NCBI GenBank assembly: GCA_023246755.1
Contig: JAHFHU010000006.1
Location: 1 to 62,031, forward strand
Direction: 5' to 3'
Source of the DNA: Candidatus Magasanikiibacteriota bacterium
GTDB taxonomy: Bacteria; Patescibacteriota; Patescibacteriia; Magasanikbacterales; 2-02-FULL-50-9b
DNA: 62,031 nt
Under the pieces are notes generated by a model. The model worked only from the letters and a program-made list of their open reading frames with translations. It did no database searches and had not been told where the DNA came from. Position numbers and translations under genes: made by a program. The number at the start of each line of letters is the position of its first letter. Position 1 is the first letter of the stretch. This document shows, one piece after another, positions 23,128 through 34,616 of the stretch.

Positions 23128-24645
23128 ATGTCAACGCGTGATGATCACTATTACATAACGACGCCAATTTATTATGTGAATGCGGCCGCGCATATCGGCC
23201 ATGCGTACACCTCGATTGCGGCTGATGTTATGGCGCGATTTCAACGACTTGTCGGCCTGCAAGTTAATTTTTTAACGGGCACTGATGAGCATGGACAGAA
23301 AATCGCCCGCGCGGCTGAGGCAAAAAATGTTGGACCGCAAACATTTGTTGATGAAGTTTCTCAAACATTTCGTGATTTGCACGCGGGACTTAACGTGAGC
23401 GTCACAGATTTTATTCGCACGAGCGAGCCGCGCCACATCAAAGGTGCGCAAAAATTTTGGGAGGCGGCTGCAGCACGTGGAGATATTTATAAAAAATCTT
23501 ACGAGGGTTTGTATTGTGTAAACTGCGAACAGTTTTATATTGAAAAAGATCTCGACGAGGGTGGGCTTTGTCCAATTCATCGAAAAGCGCCGGAGCTTTT
23601 AAGTGAAGAAAATTATTTTTTTAGACTTTCAAAATACACGGACGCGATCAAAAAATATTTTGATGCGCATCCAAATTTTGTGTTCCCGCACAATCGTCAA
23701 AAAGAAATGCAACAAATTTTAGACGACGGCCTTGAAGATATTTCGATTTCGCGCGATGCAAAAAAATTGTCGTGGGGAATTCCCGTTCCCGGGGATGATG
23801 CGCAAGTCATGTATGTATGGTTTGATGCGCTTACCAATTATGTAACTGCAATTGGCTACGGCGACGCGGACGAAAAAATGTTTGATGCGTGGTGGCCTGC
23901 GAATGCGCACGTGATGGCAAAAGAAATCAATCGGTTTCATTCGCTTTTGTGGCCGGCGATGCTGATGAGCGCGGGTCTCGCACTTCCGAAACAAATTGTG
24001 GTGCATGGATGGCTGACCGTCGACGGGCAAAAAATGTCAAAGTCGATCGGCAATGTGGTGAATCCAATCGACGTCATCGAAAAATATGGAATCGATGCCT
24101 TTCGGTTTTTTTTATTTCGTGAAATGCCCTTTGGCGCCGATGGAGATTTTTCAAATCTGAAACTCGAACAGCGTTATCGAAGCGATCTCGGCAATGATCT
24201 CGGAAATTTGCTCATGCGCACGATTGCGATGTCGGAAAAATTTTGTGATGGTCGCGTCCCGCTCGAAACAACGGGCGACCACCAAGAATTTTGGGATCGC
24301 TATCGTGAACATATGTCGCGCTGGGAATTTCAGCGCGCGCTTGAAATTATCTGGGACTATGTGCGCGGGCTCAATCAATTGATCGACCGCGAAAAACCGT
24401 GGACCGCACACAAAGAAGGTCGCAGCGAGGATGTTGCGCGGACGCTCTACACGTTGCTTGAGGGTTTGCGCCAGATCGCAATTGCCGTGCAGCCCTTCAT
24501 GCCCGCGACGTCTGAAAAAATGTTGGAAGCGCTTGGATTTGATTTTTTTGATCCAAAGTTTGATAATTTGATGGAGTGGGGGCTTTTAAAATCTGGCGGG
24601 CCGCTGACACCCGCGCCTCCGCTGTTTCCGCAATTAACCGTATGA
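23128..24645 (+). CDS. metG: Methionyl-tRNA synthetase
   Basis: HIGH-type motif AAAHIGHAYT. KMSKS is present as QKMSKSIGN. Zn-knuckle CVNCEQF...CPIH. Confidence 0.92.
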   Translation: MSTRDDHYYITTPIYYVNAAAHIGHAYTSIAADVMARFQRLVGLQVNFLTGTDEHGQKIARAAEAKNVGPQTFVDEVSQTFRDLHAGLNVSVTDFIRTSEPRHIKGAQKFWEAAAARGDIYKKSYEGLYCVNCEQFYIEKDLDEGGLCPIHRKAPELLSEENYFFRLSKYTDAIKKYFDAHPNFVFPHNRQKEMQQILDDGLEDISISRDAKKLSWGIPVPGDDAQVMYVWFDALTNYVTAIGYGDADEKMFDAWWPANAHVMAKEINRFHSLLWPAMLMSAGLALPKQIVVHGWLTVDGQKMSKSIGNVVNPIDVIEKYGIDAFRFFLFREMPFGADGDFSNLKLEQRYRSDLGNDLGNLLMRTIAMSEKFCDGRVPLETTGDHQEFWDRYREHMSRWEFQRALEIIWDYVRGLNQLIDREKPWTAHKEGRSEDVARTLYTLLEGLRQIAIAVQPFMPATSEKMLEALGFDFFDPKFDNLMEWGLLKSGGPLTPAPPLFPQLTV

Positions 24646-25157
24646 GCGCCGTCGATCTCGTCTTGCTCGCGTACCTTTTTATTCACACCCTGACCGGTCT
24701 TAAACGCGGTCTTATTCATGTCGTCGGATCTCTCATCGGCATGTTTTTCGGCGCGTACATCGCGCTTAACCACAGTTCTGCGCTTGTTGCGTGGTTCGCA
24801 AAAATTTCTGGTTTTAATATAGAGCAACTCGGTAAATGGGTGACCTTTTTAATTATTTTCGTTGTCATCTCACAGCTTGTCGGCTTACTATTTTGGATCG
24901 CAGAACGATCGCTCGGATTTCTTGTGCGTCTGCCCGGCATCAATTCAATCAACCATATTCTTGGTGGCATCCTCGCGTTTTTTGAAGGCGCGTTCATCGT
25001 CGGTCTTGCGATTTATTACGCGAAATATCTTCCGGTGCCACAACTTTCACACGCAATCACTGCGTCGAAATTCGCGCCGTGGTTTGTCAAAACATCACAA
25101 ATTTTTCTCCCGCTCATTCCGGATGCGATTAAAAAAGTGATGGTTGGAATTTTATGA
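24642..25157 (+). CDS. cvpA: CvpA-family membrane protein
   Basis: The N-terminus VDLVLLAYLFIHTLTGLKRGLIHVVGSLIG and four TM helices are typical of CvpA. ATG 24642 overlaps the metG stop. Confidence 0.75.
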   Translation: MSAVDLVLLAYLFIHTLTGLKRGLIHVVGSLIGMFFGAYIALNHSSALVAWFAKISGFNIEQLGKWVTFLIIFVVISQLVGLLFWIAERSLGFLVRLPGINSINHILGGILAFFEGAFIVGLAIYYAKYLPVPQLSHAITASKFAPWFVKTSQIFLPLIPDAIKKVMVGIL

Positions 25158-26002
25158 CACCGTTCACACTTGTTGATACCCACAGCCATCTGCATTTTAG
25201 TGATTTCAAAAACGACATCGACGCGGTGCTCGATCGCGCACGCGCTGCGGGTGTCGCGCTCATCGTCGTTGGGACGTTGCAAAAAACAAGCACCGAAGCA
25301 GTTGTATTCGCTCAAGCGCATGAGCACATTTGGGCAGCGATCGGTCTGCATCCCAATAATATTCACGAAATTCATCCGAACGAAGATGAGGGGTCGGGCT
25401 CTGAAAATTTTGATTACGAATTTTACAAAAATCTCGCGCGCAACGATAAAGTTGTTGCAATCGGCGAAACGGGAATGGATTTTTTTCGAATCCCCGACGG
25501 GCTCGATCGTACGATGGTGATCGCAGACCAAGAGAAAATTTTTCGCCGACATCTCGATCTCTGTGATGAACTAAACAAGCCGGTCATCATCCATTGTCGC
25601 GATGCGCACGATGAGGTGATCGCTGTTCTCACCGAATATATTACAGCCGGAAAATTAGCGCGGCGCGGCGTGCTCCATTGTTTCACCGGCTCAGCCGAAC
25701 AGGGCGCGCGCTATGTTTCGCTCGGCATGTACATTTCAATTCCGGGCATCATCACGTTTCCTCCAAAAAAATCAGAACACGAAAACTCACTCAACGCCGT
25801 TGTTCGCACGATTCCGCGTGATCGACTGCTCGTTGAAACAGACTGTCCGTATCTTACACCCGTTCCGCATCGCGGTGAGCGCAACGAATCCGCGTATGTC
25901 ATCCACACCGTGCAAAAAATCGCTGAAATTTTGAACGCATCGTTCGAGGAAATCGCCCGGGAAACATCGCAAAATGCTCGCGCCCTTTTTCAAATTGAAT
26001 AA
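25154..26002 (+). CDS. tatD: TatD-family metal-dependent hydrolase (DNase)
   Basis: VDTHSHL, AIGETGMDF, IIHCRDA, LHCFTG and ETDCPYL motifs. Confidence 0.9.
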   Translation: MTPFTLVDTHSHLHFSDFKNDIDAVLDRARAAGVALIVVGTLQKTSTEAVVFAQAHEHIWAAIGLHPNNIHEIHPNEDEGSGSENFDYEFYKNLARNDKVVAIGETGMDFFRIPDGLDRTMVIADQEKIFRRHLDLCDELNKPVIIHCRDAHDEVIAVLTEYITAGKLARRGVLHCFTGSAEQGARYVSLGMYISIPGIITFPPKKSEHENSLNAVVRTIPRDRLLVETDCPYLTPVPHRGERNESAYVIHTVQKIAEILNASFEEIARETSQNARALFQIE

Positions 26003-26005
26003 CGC

Positions 26006-26034
26006 TTGACCACGATCTAAATTTCCTGTATCCT
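26006..26034 (+). promoter_or_regulatory. Candidate atp operon promoter (TTGACC-17 nt-TATCCT)
   Basis: TTGACC at 26006-26011 and TATCCT at 26029-26034. ATG at 26046. Confidence 0.5.
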
Positions 26035-26045
26035 TTACCCGTTGT

Positions 26046-26315
26046 ATGTCATTTTCTGAAGACGAACGTCGCTCATATCTGCTCGGCTTCAAAATCATGG
26101 GAGATTTTGGCGCCGCAATTGCCGTGCCGGTCATCATCTTTGTTCTTATCGGCAAATTGTTGCAACAAAAATTTGGTTTCGCGCCATTTGGTATAATAGG
26201 GGGGTTCCTCATCGCGGCAGCAATTAGCTTTTTTTCGATTCGTCGAAAAATTCGCTGGTATGACGCGGAATATAAATCTCTCAAAACACCCCAATCAGTT
26301 TTTAAGAAAAAGTAA
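26046..26315 (+). CDS. atpZ: AtpZ/AtpI-like small membrane protein
   Basis: 89 aa with two TM helices (GDFGAAIAVPVIIFVLIG, GIIGGFLIAAAISFF). First gene of the atp operon. Confidence 0.65.
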   Translation: MSFSEDERRSYLLGFKIMGDFGAAIAVPVIIFVLIGKLLQQKFGFAPFGIIGGFLIAAAISFFSIRRKIRWYDAEYKSLKTPQSVFKKK

Positions 26316-26317
26316 CT

Positions 26318-27118
26318 ATGGTCCCGCTCGCTGCTGAACCAATCGCACATTTTGGATCGCTCACGATCACCAACTCAATGATCAACGCATGGATCGTTGG
26401 GATCGTTTTGATAATTGGCGCGGCAATAATTCGTTTCACGATAAAACAAAAGCCGGGAAAATTTCAGAACGCTGCCGAAATGCTCTGTGAATTTTTTCTC
26501 AAAACAATGGATAGCGTGACACACGATCGCGTGCGCAGCAAAAAATTTTTCCCGCTCGTCACCACACTTTTTTTGTTCATCCTGCTCAACAATTGGCTCG
26601 GACAAATTCCGGGAACCGGCACGTTTGGTGTGTGGAAATTAATTCATAATGAGCTTGAGTTGGTGCCTGTGCTCCGACCTGCTACCTCTGATCTCAACCT
26701 CACACTCGCGCTCGGCATCTTTTCAATTTTGTGCACACATCTTGTCGGAATCACCACGCTGGGATTTTTTCGTCACGCAGGAAAATTTTTCCAGATCGGA
26801 GGAATCCTTAAATCATTGAAAAAAGGCCCACTCGGAATTTTTACCGCATTGATCGAATTTGGCGCCGGCCTCATCGAGGCTGCGGGCGAAATTGCGCGGG
26901 CCATCTCGCTTTCTTTGCGTTTATTTGGTAACATCTTTGCGGGTGAGGTTTTGATGACCGTGATGCTCGGGCTCGCGGCATATGCCGTGCCACTCCCGTT
27001 TCAAGCGCTCGAACTGCTTGTTGGCGTGATTCAGGCGACCGTTTTCGCCATGCTGATTCTCGTTTTTTTGACGCTCGCAACCGAACCGCCACACGGCGAA
27101 CATGCCGAGAACCATTGA
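26318..27118 (+). CDS. atpB: F-type ATP synthase Fo subunit a
   Basis: Conserved SLSLRLFGNIFAGEVLM with the essential Arg. Polytopic. Confidence 0.92.
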   Translation: MVPLAAEPIAHFGSLTITNSMINAWIVGIVLIIGAAIIRFTIKQKPGKFQNAAEMLCEFFLKTMDSVTHDRVRSKKFFPLVTTLFLFILLNNWLGQIPGTGTFGVWKLIHNELELVPVLRPATSDLNLTLALGIFSILCTHLVGITTLGFFRHAGKFFQIGGILKSLKKGPLGIFTALIEFGAGLIEAAGEIARAISLSLRLFGNIFAGEVLMTVMLGLAAYAVPLPFQALELLVGVIQATVFAMLILVFLTLATEPPHGEHAENH

Positions 27119-27176
27119 TGATTCCATTGCGTTTCGCTCCACACGTCGTCGAGGAGCGGGTCGCTGAGATTCATTC

Positions 27177-27410
27177 ATGAAACATCTATCTATGGATGCA
27201 GAAGCAGTCAGAATATTTACAAAGGGTATTACCATCGCAATCGGTGGTATGTTTCCTGCGTGGGCAGTTGGTAACATCGTCGGTAAGGCGATGGAAGCAA
27301 TTGGCCGCAATCCAGAGGCAAGCGACAAAATTTTTGTCCCGATGCTTTTGGGTGCAGCGTTCGCTGAAGCTATTGCGATTTACGCATTGGTTGTCGTGTT
27401 CGTGCTCTAA
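27177..27410 (+). CDS. atpE: F-type ATP synthase Fo subunit c
   Basis: GRNPEA loop and the ion-binding helix LGAAFAEAIAIYALVV. Confidence 0.92.
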   Translation: MKHLSMDAEAVRIFTKGITIAIGGMFPAWAVGNIVGKAMEAIGRNPEASDKIFVPMLLGAAFAEAIAIYALVVVFVL

Positions 27411-27417
27411 CTAAAAA

Positions 27418-27464
27418 CTTTTCGGGTGCGCGATGCGTGTTTAATCAATTCGCGCCCCGAAAAG
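27418..27464 (+). promoter_or_regulatory. Strong mRNA stem-loop between atpE and atpF (no U-tract)
   Basis: CTTTTCGGGtGCGCGA (27418-27433) pairs with TCGCGCCCCGAAAAG (27450-27464). This gives 15 bp with one bulged T and a 16-nt loop. Confidence 0.6.
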
Positions 27465-27483
27465 ATGAGGTTCCTTTATTTCT

Positions 27484-28035
27484 ATGGCATCTCTTTCGGT
27501 CAATTCAGAAACAGGCGTGCCTGAAGCGGCGCCACACGGTATCGTTGACACACTTGGTCTCAAAACCGATGTGTTCATCGCGCAACTCGTCAACTTTCTC
27601 ATCATTCTTTTTGTTTTGTGGCGTTGGGCATACAAACCAATTCTCAAAGTTCTCGAAGATCGTGAAATTCGGGTCAAAAAAGGTCTTGAGGACGCCGAAG
27701 CTGCTGGAACACGTCTTGCAGAAATTGAAAAAGAGCATGCGGCCGTATTGCGCACCGCGCGTGATGAGGCTGCGCAGGTCATCAAAGATGCGCACGGCAT
27801 CGGCGAGCAAAAACGTGAAGAGTTGCTTGCCAAATCGCGAGAGGAAATCGGCAAACTCGTGACGGATGCAAGAAAAAAGATCGCGGAAGAGCGCGAGCAG
27901 GCAGCGCAGGATCTTAAAAAAGAGATCAGCGCGCTTGTCGTCACGACCGCGGAAATGGTTTTGCGTGAAAAAATTGATGGTAAAAAGGATGCAGAGCTCA
28001 TGGAGAAGAGCGTAAAGAAGGTAAAGAAAACATAA
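27484..28035 (+). CDS. atpF: F-type ATP synthase Fo subunit b
   Basis: Single N-terminal TM helix (FIAQLVNFLIILFVLW) and a long charged coiled coil. Its position in the operon supports the call. Confidence 0.85.
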   Translation: MASLSVNSETGVPEAAPHGIVDTLGLKTDVFIAQLVNFLIILFVLWRWAYKPILKVLEDREIRVKKGLEDAEAAGTRLAEIEKEHAAVLRTARDEAAQVIKDAHGIGEQKREELLAKSREEIGKLVTDARKKIAEEREQAAQDLKKEISALVVTTAEMVLREKIDGKKDAELMEKSVKKVKKT

Positions 28036-28053
28036 AATTACAGAACCGGAGAA

Positions 28054-28437
28054 TTGAGTATGAAACGGTTGACTGCGCGTCAATGGGCAACAGCACTTGT
28101 TGAACTGACACACGAAAAAAAAGAAACAGAAATCGGGCACAACATTAAAAAGTTCGTGCAGCTTTTGCGTGTGCGACGTGCGGGTCGTCAGCTCGGAAAT
28201 ATCGGCCGCATTTACGGCGAATTGATCGATGCGCGACAGGGAGTTGCGCGCGTTGCAACAACCGCGGCACGTGAATTGCCGGCGAGCGTCAAACGAGAAT
28301 TAGAAAATTTGGCAACCGACGTGATCATTGATCACACAATCGATCCGCATGTTATCGGCGGCATGCGTATTCAGATGGATGGTGTGATCATTGATGGCAC
28401 GGTCGCCACTCGACTGAAAAAAATCTATGAAAGTTAA
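28054..28437 (+). CDS. atpH: F-type ATP synthase F1 subunit delta (OSCP), short 127-aa form
   Basis: The C-terminal segment [34 protein letters not shown] matches the delta-subunit signature. GGAG lies 8 nt upstream of the ATG. Confidence 0.8.
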   Translation: MSMKRLTARQWATALVELTHEKKETEIGHNIKKFVQLLRVRRAGRQLGNIGRIYGELIDARQGVARVATTAARELPASVKRELENLATDVIIDHTIDPHVIGGMRIQMDGVIIDGTVATRLKKIYES

Positions 28438-29932
28438 CATGCGCGATTACGTCATTGAAACATTAACCAAGCAGGTGCAGTCGCTTACCGACGAACCTGA
28501 AGTTGCTGAAGTTGGAACCGTGATTGAAGTCGGCGACGGCATCGCAAAAATTGCGGGCCTGCGTTTGTGTCAATCATCGGAAATGTTGGAATTTTCCGGC
28601 GGCACGATTGGCGTAGCCCTCAACCTTGAAGAGGACGTCGTCGGCGCCGTGATTTTGGGCGACTACAAACATATCAAAGAAGGGGACACGGTCAAGCGCA
28701 CGAAAAAAATCCTGTCAATTCCAGTTGGGCCCGCGTTTATCGGGCGTGTTATCGATCCGCTCGGCAATCCGATTGATGGAAAAGGCCCGATCAAATCCGC
28801 AGCGATTTATCCAATTGAAAAAATTGCGCCCGGCGTTTTGGCGCGTCAACCGGTTGAGCAACCGGTACAGACCGGCATCAAAGCGATTGACGCGATGATT
28901 CCGATCGGTCGCGGCCAGCGCGAGCTCATTATCGGCGATCGTCAAACCGGAAAAACTGCAGTCGCGATTGACACGATTATCAATCAGGCCGGACAAAACA
29001 TGTTTTGTATCTACGTCGCGATTGGCCAAAAAGAATCGAAGGTCGCGCGGCTCGTTGCGAAGCTCGAAGAAAAAGGCGCGATGGAGTATTCGATCGTGGT
29101 CGTTGCGGGTGCGTCGAGTTCGGCGGCGCTTCAATACATCGCGCCGTTCGCGGGCGCTGCGCTGGGTGAATATTTCATGGACAACAAACAGCACGCACTC
29201 GTTGTTTACGATGATCTGTCGAAACACGCGTGGGCATATCGCGAAATTTCGCTGTTGCTTCGTCGTCCACCGGGTCGCGAAGCATATCCGGGCGATGTTT
29301 TTTATCTTCACTCACGCTTGCTTGAGCGCGCGGCGAAATTGTCGGACGCAAATGGTGGAGGCTCGCTCACCGCACTTCCGATTATCGAAACACAAGCGGG
29401 CGATGTGTCCGCGTACATTCCAACCAACGTGATTTCGATCACCGACGGTCAGATTTTTCTCGAGTCGGATTTGTTTTACAAAGGTATTCGACCGGCTTTA
29501 AACGTCGGAATTTCGGTTTCGCGTGTCGGCGGCGCGGCGCAAATTAAAGCGATGAAGAAAGTTTCCGGAAAAATTCGCCTTGACCTTGCGCAGTTTCGCG
29601 AGCTCGAAGCGTTCGCGCAATTTGCATCTGATCTTGACGAAACAACGCGCAAACAAATTGAGCGTGGCCGTCGCACCGTCGAAGTTTTGAAGCAACCGCA
29701 ATATGCGCCGCTTTCGGTTGAACACCAAATCATCGCGATTTACGCGGTTACCAACGGATATTTTGATGCGACACCGGCCGATGTTGTGCAGGAAGCTGAA
29801 ATCGCGCTGCATATTTTTGTTGACAAAAATTATGTTGACCTCATCGACATGTTGACCAAGGAAAAAGCGTTGACCGAACCGGTCGAGACCCGCCTCAAAG
29901 ATGCGCTTACTGCGTTTTTTGCCTCTCGCTAA
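28427..29932 (+). CDS. atpA: F-type ATP synthase F1 subunit alpha
   Basis: Walker [29 protein letters not shown] and ITDGQIFLE. Alternative start ATG 28439. Confidence 0.95.
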   Translation: MKVNMRDYVIETLTKQVQSLTDEPEVAEVGTVIEVGDGIAKIAGLRLCQSSEMLEFSGGTIGVALNLEEDVVGAVILGDYKHIKEGDTVKRTKKILSIPVGPAFIGRVIDPLGNPIDGKGPIKSAAIYPIEKIAPGVLARQPVEQPVQTGIKAIDAMIPIGRGQRELIIGDRQTGKTAVAIDTIINQAGQNMFCIYVAIGQKESKVARLVAKLEEKGAMEYSIVVVAGASSSAALQYIAPFAGAALGEYFMDNKQHALVVYDDLSKHAWAYREISLLLRRPPGREAYPGDVFYLHSRLLERAAKLSDANGGGSLTALPIIETQAGDVSAYIPTNVISITDGQIFLESDLFYKGIRPALNVGISVSRVGGAAQIKAMKKVSGKIRLDLAQFRELEAFAQFASDLDETTRKQIERGRRTVEVLKQPQYAPLSVEHQIIAIYAVTNGYFDATPADVVQEAEIALHIFVDKNYVDLIDMLTKEKALTEPVETRLKDALTAFFASR

Positions 29933-29938
29933 TTTTCT

Positions 29939-30904
29939 ATGGCACTTTCCGGACGACTCATTCGCTCGCGCATCAAATCGGTGAAGAACACCAAAAAAAT
30001 CACCAAAGCCATGGAACTTGTGTCCGCGGCTAAAATGCGTCGGAGTGTCGCGGGTGCGCTCCAGTCGCGCCAATATGCGAAATATGCGTGGGAGTTGTTA
30101 TTGCGTCTCAAAAAAAGTGGTGATCGTGATTTTGCGGCGGAACACCCGCTGCTCATAGCGCGGCCGGTCAAAAAAATTCTCATCATCGCGGTGACGTCGA
30201 ATCGTGGGCTCGCCGGTGCGTTCAATTCAAATGTGATTAAAAAAGCGGTTGAGCAAATTCGTAATCCAGCGCAGATCGGGCGCTCACGTGTGGGTGCGAA
30301 GTGGGTTGAGGCCGCGACGCCTACGCCAAAAATGGATTTTGTTATTGTTGGCAAACGGGGCGAGGCCGTGATTCGTAAATTTACCAAAAATATCGTGGCG
30401 AGTTTCATCGATTTTCCGGATGTGCCGCGCGTTGCAGATGCCGCGCCGCTTGTTACGTTCGCGATCGAAAGTTATCGGAAGGGCGAATATGACAAGGTGG
30501 CGCTCGTGTATACTGATTTTGTTTCGGCGCTGGTGCAAAAAGCAAAAATTCGACAAATTCTGCCCGTGTCCGAAGTTGATTTAGAGAAAACATTATTTCC
30601 CGAAGCAGAATCGCAAACGCCGGATCAGACGGACGCGTTCGACGTTGGAGCTGCAGCGTTTGAACCGTCCATCGAGGAAATAATTAATGTAGCTGTGACG
30701 CGGCTGATTGAATCGCAAGTGTTTCAGGCGGTTCTTGAGTCGTCGGCATCCGAGCATTCCGCGCGCATGATGGCGATGCGGCAGGCGACGGATGCGGCGA
30801 CCGAGATGATCGACACCCTGACCCTTGTGTTTAATCAGGCGCGCCAAGCAAGCATCACGCGCGAGATCTCCGAGATTTCGGCGGGCAAGGCGGCGCTGGA
30901 ATAA
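29939..30904 (+). CDS. atpG: F-type ATP synthase F1 subunit gamma
   Basis: N-terminal RIKSVKNTKKITKAMELVSAAKMRR and C-terminal ARQASITREISEI signatures. Confidence 0.92.
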   Translation: MALSGRLIRSRIKSVKNTKKITKAMELVSAAKMRRSVAGALQSRQYAKYAWELLLRLKKSGDRDFAAEHPLLIARPVKKILIIAVTSNRGLAGAFNSNVIKKAVEQIRNPAQIGRSRVGAKWVEAATPTPKMDFVIVGKRGEAVIRKFTKNIVASFIDFPDVPRVADAAPLVTFAIESYRKGEYDKVALVYTDFVSALVQKAKIRQILPVSEVDLEKTLFPEAESQTPDQTDAFDVGAAAFEPSIEEIINVAVTRLIESQVFQAVLESSASEHSARMMAMRQATDAATEMIDTLTLVFNQARQASITREISEISAGKAALE

Positions 30905-30988
30905 AAAAAACGAGCCCCATCTTTTTTGCATGCACCGGTTGGGTGAATGAAGAAAGTGAGGACTCGGTTGAGGTTGAGTGATGGGCCA

Positions 30989-31294
30989 CTACCACGGGCA
31001 GGTGCGTGCGGTTATTTCCGCGGGGCACTGTCCTGTGGGGATGTTGCGGCCCCACGTTGGCGAGTAATCGCAACAGGTCGGGCGATAGTACCCTGGCCGA
31101 AGGTCAGCCGGAACGTACGTTTGGTACGTCGGCTGGTAAATCGGCGGGCCACGGTGATAGACTAACATCTGTGGCCGAGAAATCGGCCCGATCGGAATGC
31201 CCATGAAGCCAGCGCGGCCCCCGAAGCATGCCGAGCAACATCCAGAGGTTGCGAGAGAAACGAGCAGCACGATGATGAAAAAAAGACGAGACAT
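30989..31294 (-). CDS. Small Cys/Pro/Tyr-rich lipoprotein (101 aa), antisense-oriented inside the atp operon
   Basis: Lipobox LVSLATSGC after a hydrophobic signal. The minus strand reads aaGGAGctaacaaATG, a canonical Shine-Dalgarno site. The gene is GC-rich and its mature part is rich in P, Y, C and G. Confidence 0.65.
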   Translation of the reverse strand: MSRLFFIIVLLVSLATSGCCSACFGGRAGFMGIPIGPISRPQMLVYHRGPPIYQPTYQTYVPADLRPGYYRPTCCDYSPTWGRNIPTGQCPAEITARTCPW

Positions 31295-31402
31295 TTGTTA
31301 GCTCCTTTGAAAAAGATCGTTGTGCTGACGCCATTTCGCACGTTGCGAGACGGTGATCAGCAAAAAACTATAGCATAAATCGACGTAATTGTCAAGGCCT
31401 GA

Positions 31403-32788
<1,386 letters not shown>

Positions 32789-32793
32789 TTTCT

Positions 32794-33225
32794 ATGTTGC
32801 ACGTTTCGCTCATCACGCCAGAAAAAGTTCACTTTCAGGGTGACGCAGATGCGGTGACGATCCCGACGACGAGCGGGCAGATTCAGATTTTTGCGGGTCA
32901 CATGCCGCTCGTGACAATTTTGGCTGCCGGTGAACTGAAGATTATTGCTGGCGGTGAAACAAAATTTCTTGCGGTGTCCGCCGGCTACATCGAAGTTCGA
33001 CCGGGCAATAAAGTTGTGGTGCTCGCCAATAGCGCGGAAATTGCAACTGAAATTGATGTGGATCGCGCGGAAGCGGCGCGCGAGCGTGCGCGCGAGTTGC
33101 TCAAGGGCAAGATTGCGTCTGAAGAAGAATATGCGGCGGTTATGGCGATGATCCAAAAAGAGTGGGCCCGGGTGAATATCGGGCGCAAACATCTTTCGCA
33201 TCGGAGGCCATCGATTGGTGTTTAA
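32794..33225 (+). CDS. atpC: F-type ATP synthase F1 subunit epsilon
   Basis: An N-terminal beta-sandwich (ITPEKVHFQGDADAVTIPTTSGQIQIFAGHMPLVT) and a C-terminal helical hairpin. Confidence 0.88.
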   Translation: MLHVSLITPEKVHFQGDADAVTIPTTSGQIQIFAGHMPLVTILAAGELKIIAGGETKFLAVSAGYIEVRPGNKVVVLANSAEIATEIDVDRAEAARERARELLKGKIASEEEYAAVMAMIQKEWARVNIGRKHLSHRRPSIGV

Positions 33226-33282
33226 ATAAACACATTATTTCACTCCGCATACCGCTGTTCGGGGCATCGACTCTGACTGGAC

Positions 33283-34605
33283 TTAAAATTTACTTTCGTG
33301 AATAACGACTTCTATCTCGGCACCGAGTTCATGCCGAAGTTGTTCTTCAATTGCTTTCTTGAAATGTTCAAGAAACGCACAATTAAACGGACCATAAGTT
33401 CCGCTACGTCCTTTAAATACAACTTGCAAACGTTCATTTTCAAGCGGGTTAATCTCCACTTCTCCGCCTGCACATAAGGATTCAGTTACATTTCCAATAC
33501 GTTGTGCGAGCTGTTTATGTTCAAAAAAATTTTGCGTGTTGCTCCAAGCGATAGTAGCGCGACGCTCGCCATCTCTGAGAGCGATAATAAATTTGTTTGA
33601 GATCTCGTATGATTTCGCGTCTCTATCTTTTTTGCTGAGGTACCCGAGTGAATAAAATTGTGGTGGCGCCTCAAAAGCATCTATGAGTCGTTGTATCGTT
33701 TTTGTAACGACAGAGCGTGATTCTTGTGGAAGAACGGCTTGACTAAGCTCTGAGGAAGCAACGAGTAGCGTGGCTTTACTGCGTATGAATTTTATTACTC
33801 GCAGAGCGTCATCTACGGTCACGACATGCAATAAAATGTCTGTAAGCGATTCATCCGGTTCTTTTATGAGATAATCTTCCAAACCATCTAAACCAAATAT
33901 ACCATCGGCAACAAGACGGGTGAACGCTTCTCGGTCACGCTTTAACAGTTCGATTCCAATATCCCTTCTTAGCATGGCATAGCTACCATAGGCAGACATT
34001 ATTTTTTCTGCTTCTTCGCTTGGATTTTGTTTAAGCCATGCGGTAATTTTTTCAAAAAGATATATTTTTTCTGGGATATATTTCGTTGTAGAAATAAGGG
34101 TCACTGCTCGGTCTATCTCATTTTTGTCTATTAAGATTTGGTAGATTTTTTTTCGTATTTCGTTGTCTTCAAGAGAGTAAAGCAGATGGTTACTATCCGA
34201 AAATTTTTTATCAAGGAGTGCGAAGATGAGTACATCAAGATCGTCACGAGGTATCTTATCAAGCATGATAGATTGGCGGGCCTTAGAGTACTGGCCCGAA
34301 AGGTAGAGGCTACTGAGTGCACCCAAAATTTTTTGTGGCTGCTCTTTTCCCTGAATGTCTGCAATGTCCAAGCGCTGACGTAATGCTTCAACTAAATCAG
34401 CTTGTGCTTTGTAATCCTTGGCTTGTTTTGCTGCATCAAGTTGAAGAAGGACGTCTTCTTCGCTGCGCCCATCAGCGCTCACCATTTCCACGACGTTTTT
34501 CAGTGCGCAATCGTAAAGTAACGCGATCGCGTCGTGAGCATCCATGTTCTTCGTTTTAGTTGCGTTTTCTTGTGGTAGAGGATCGCTTATAAAATGTCTT
34601 GTCAT
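33283..34605 (-). CDS. Hypothetical protein (440 aa), AT-rich orphan
   Basis: Long clean ORF. Mostly helical N-terminal ~330 aa and a mixed C-terminal ~100 aa (…GRSGTYGPFNCAFLEHF…). No motif recognised. Confidence 0.6.
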   Translation of the reverse strand: MTRHFISDPLPQENATKTKNMDAHDAIALLYDCALKNVVEMVSADGRSEEDVLLQLDAAKQAKDYKAQADLVEALRQRLDIADIQGKEQPQKILGALSSLYLSGQYSKARQSIMLDKIPRDDLDVLIFALLDKKFSDSNHLLYSLEDNEIRKKIYQILIDKNEIDRAVTLISTTKYIPEKIYLFEKITAWLKQNPSEEAEKIMSAYGSYAMLRRDIGIELLKRDREAFTRLVADGIFGLDGLEDYLIKEPDESLTDILLHVVTVDDALRVIKFIRSKATLLVASSELSQAVLPQESRSVVTKTIQRLIDAFEAPPQFYSLGYLSKKDRDAKSYEISNKFIIALRDGERRATIAWSNTQNFFEHKQLAQRIGNVTESLCAGGEVEINPLENERLQVVFKGRSGTYGPFNCAFLEHFKKAIEEQLRHELGAEIEVVIHESKF

Positions 34606-34616
34606 ACCCTTATTTA

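Noticed and set aside
27441-28140. Two long minus-strand ORFs (186 and 211 aa) opposite atpF.
   Set aside because: The charged coiled-coil coding sequence of subunit b is open on its antisense frames. Ser/Ala/Arg-rich or Phe/Cys-rich composition points to artefacts.
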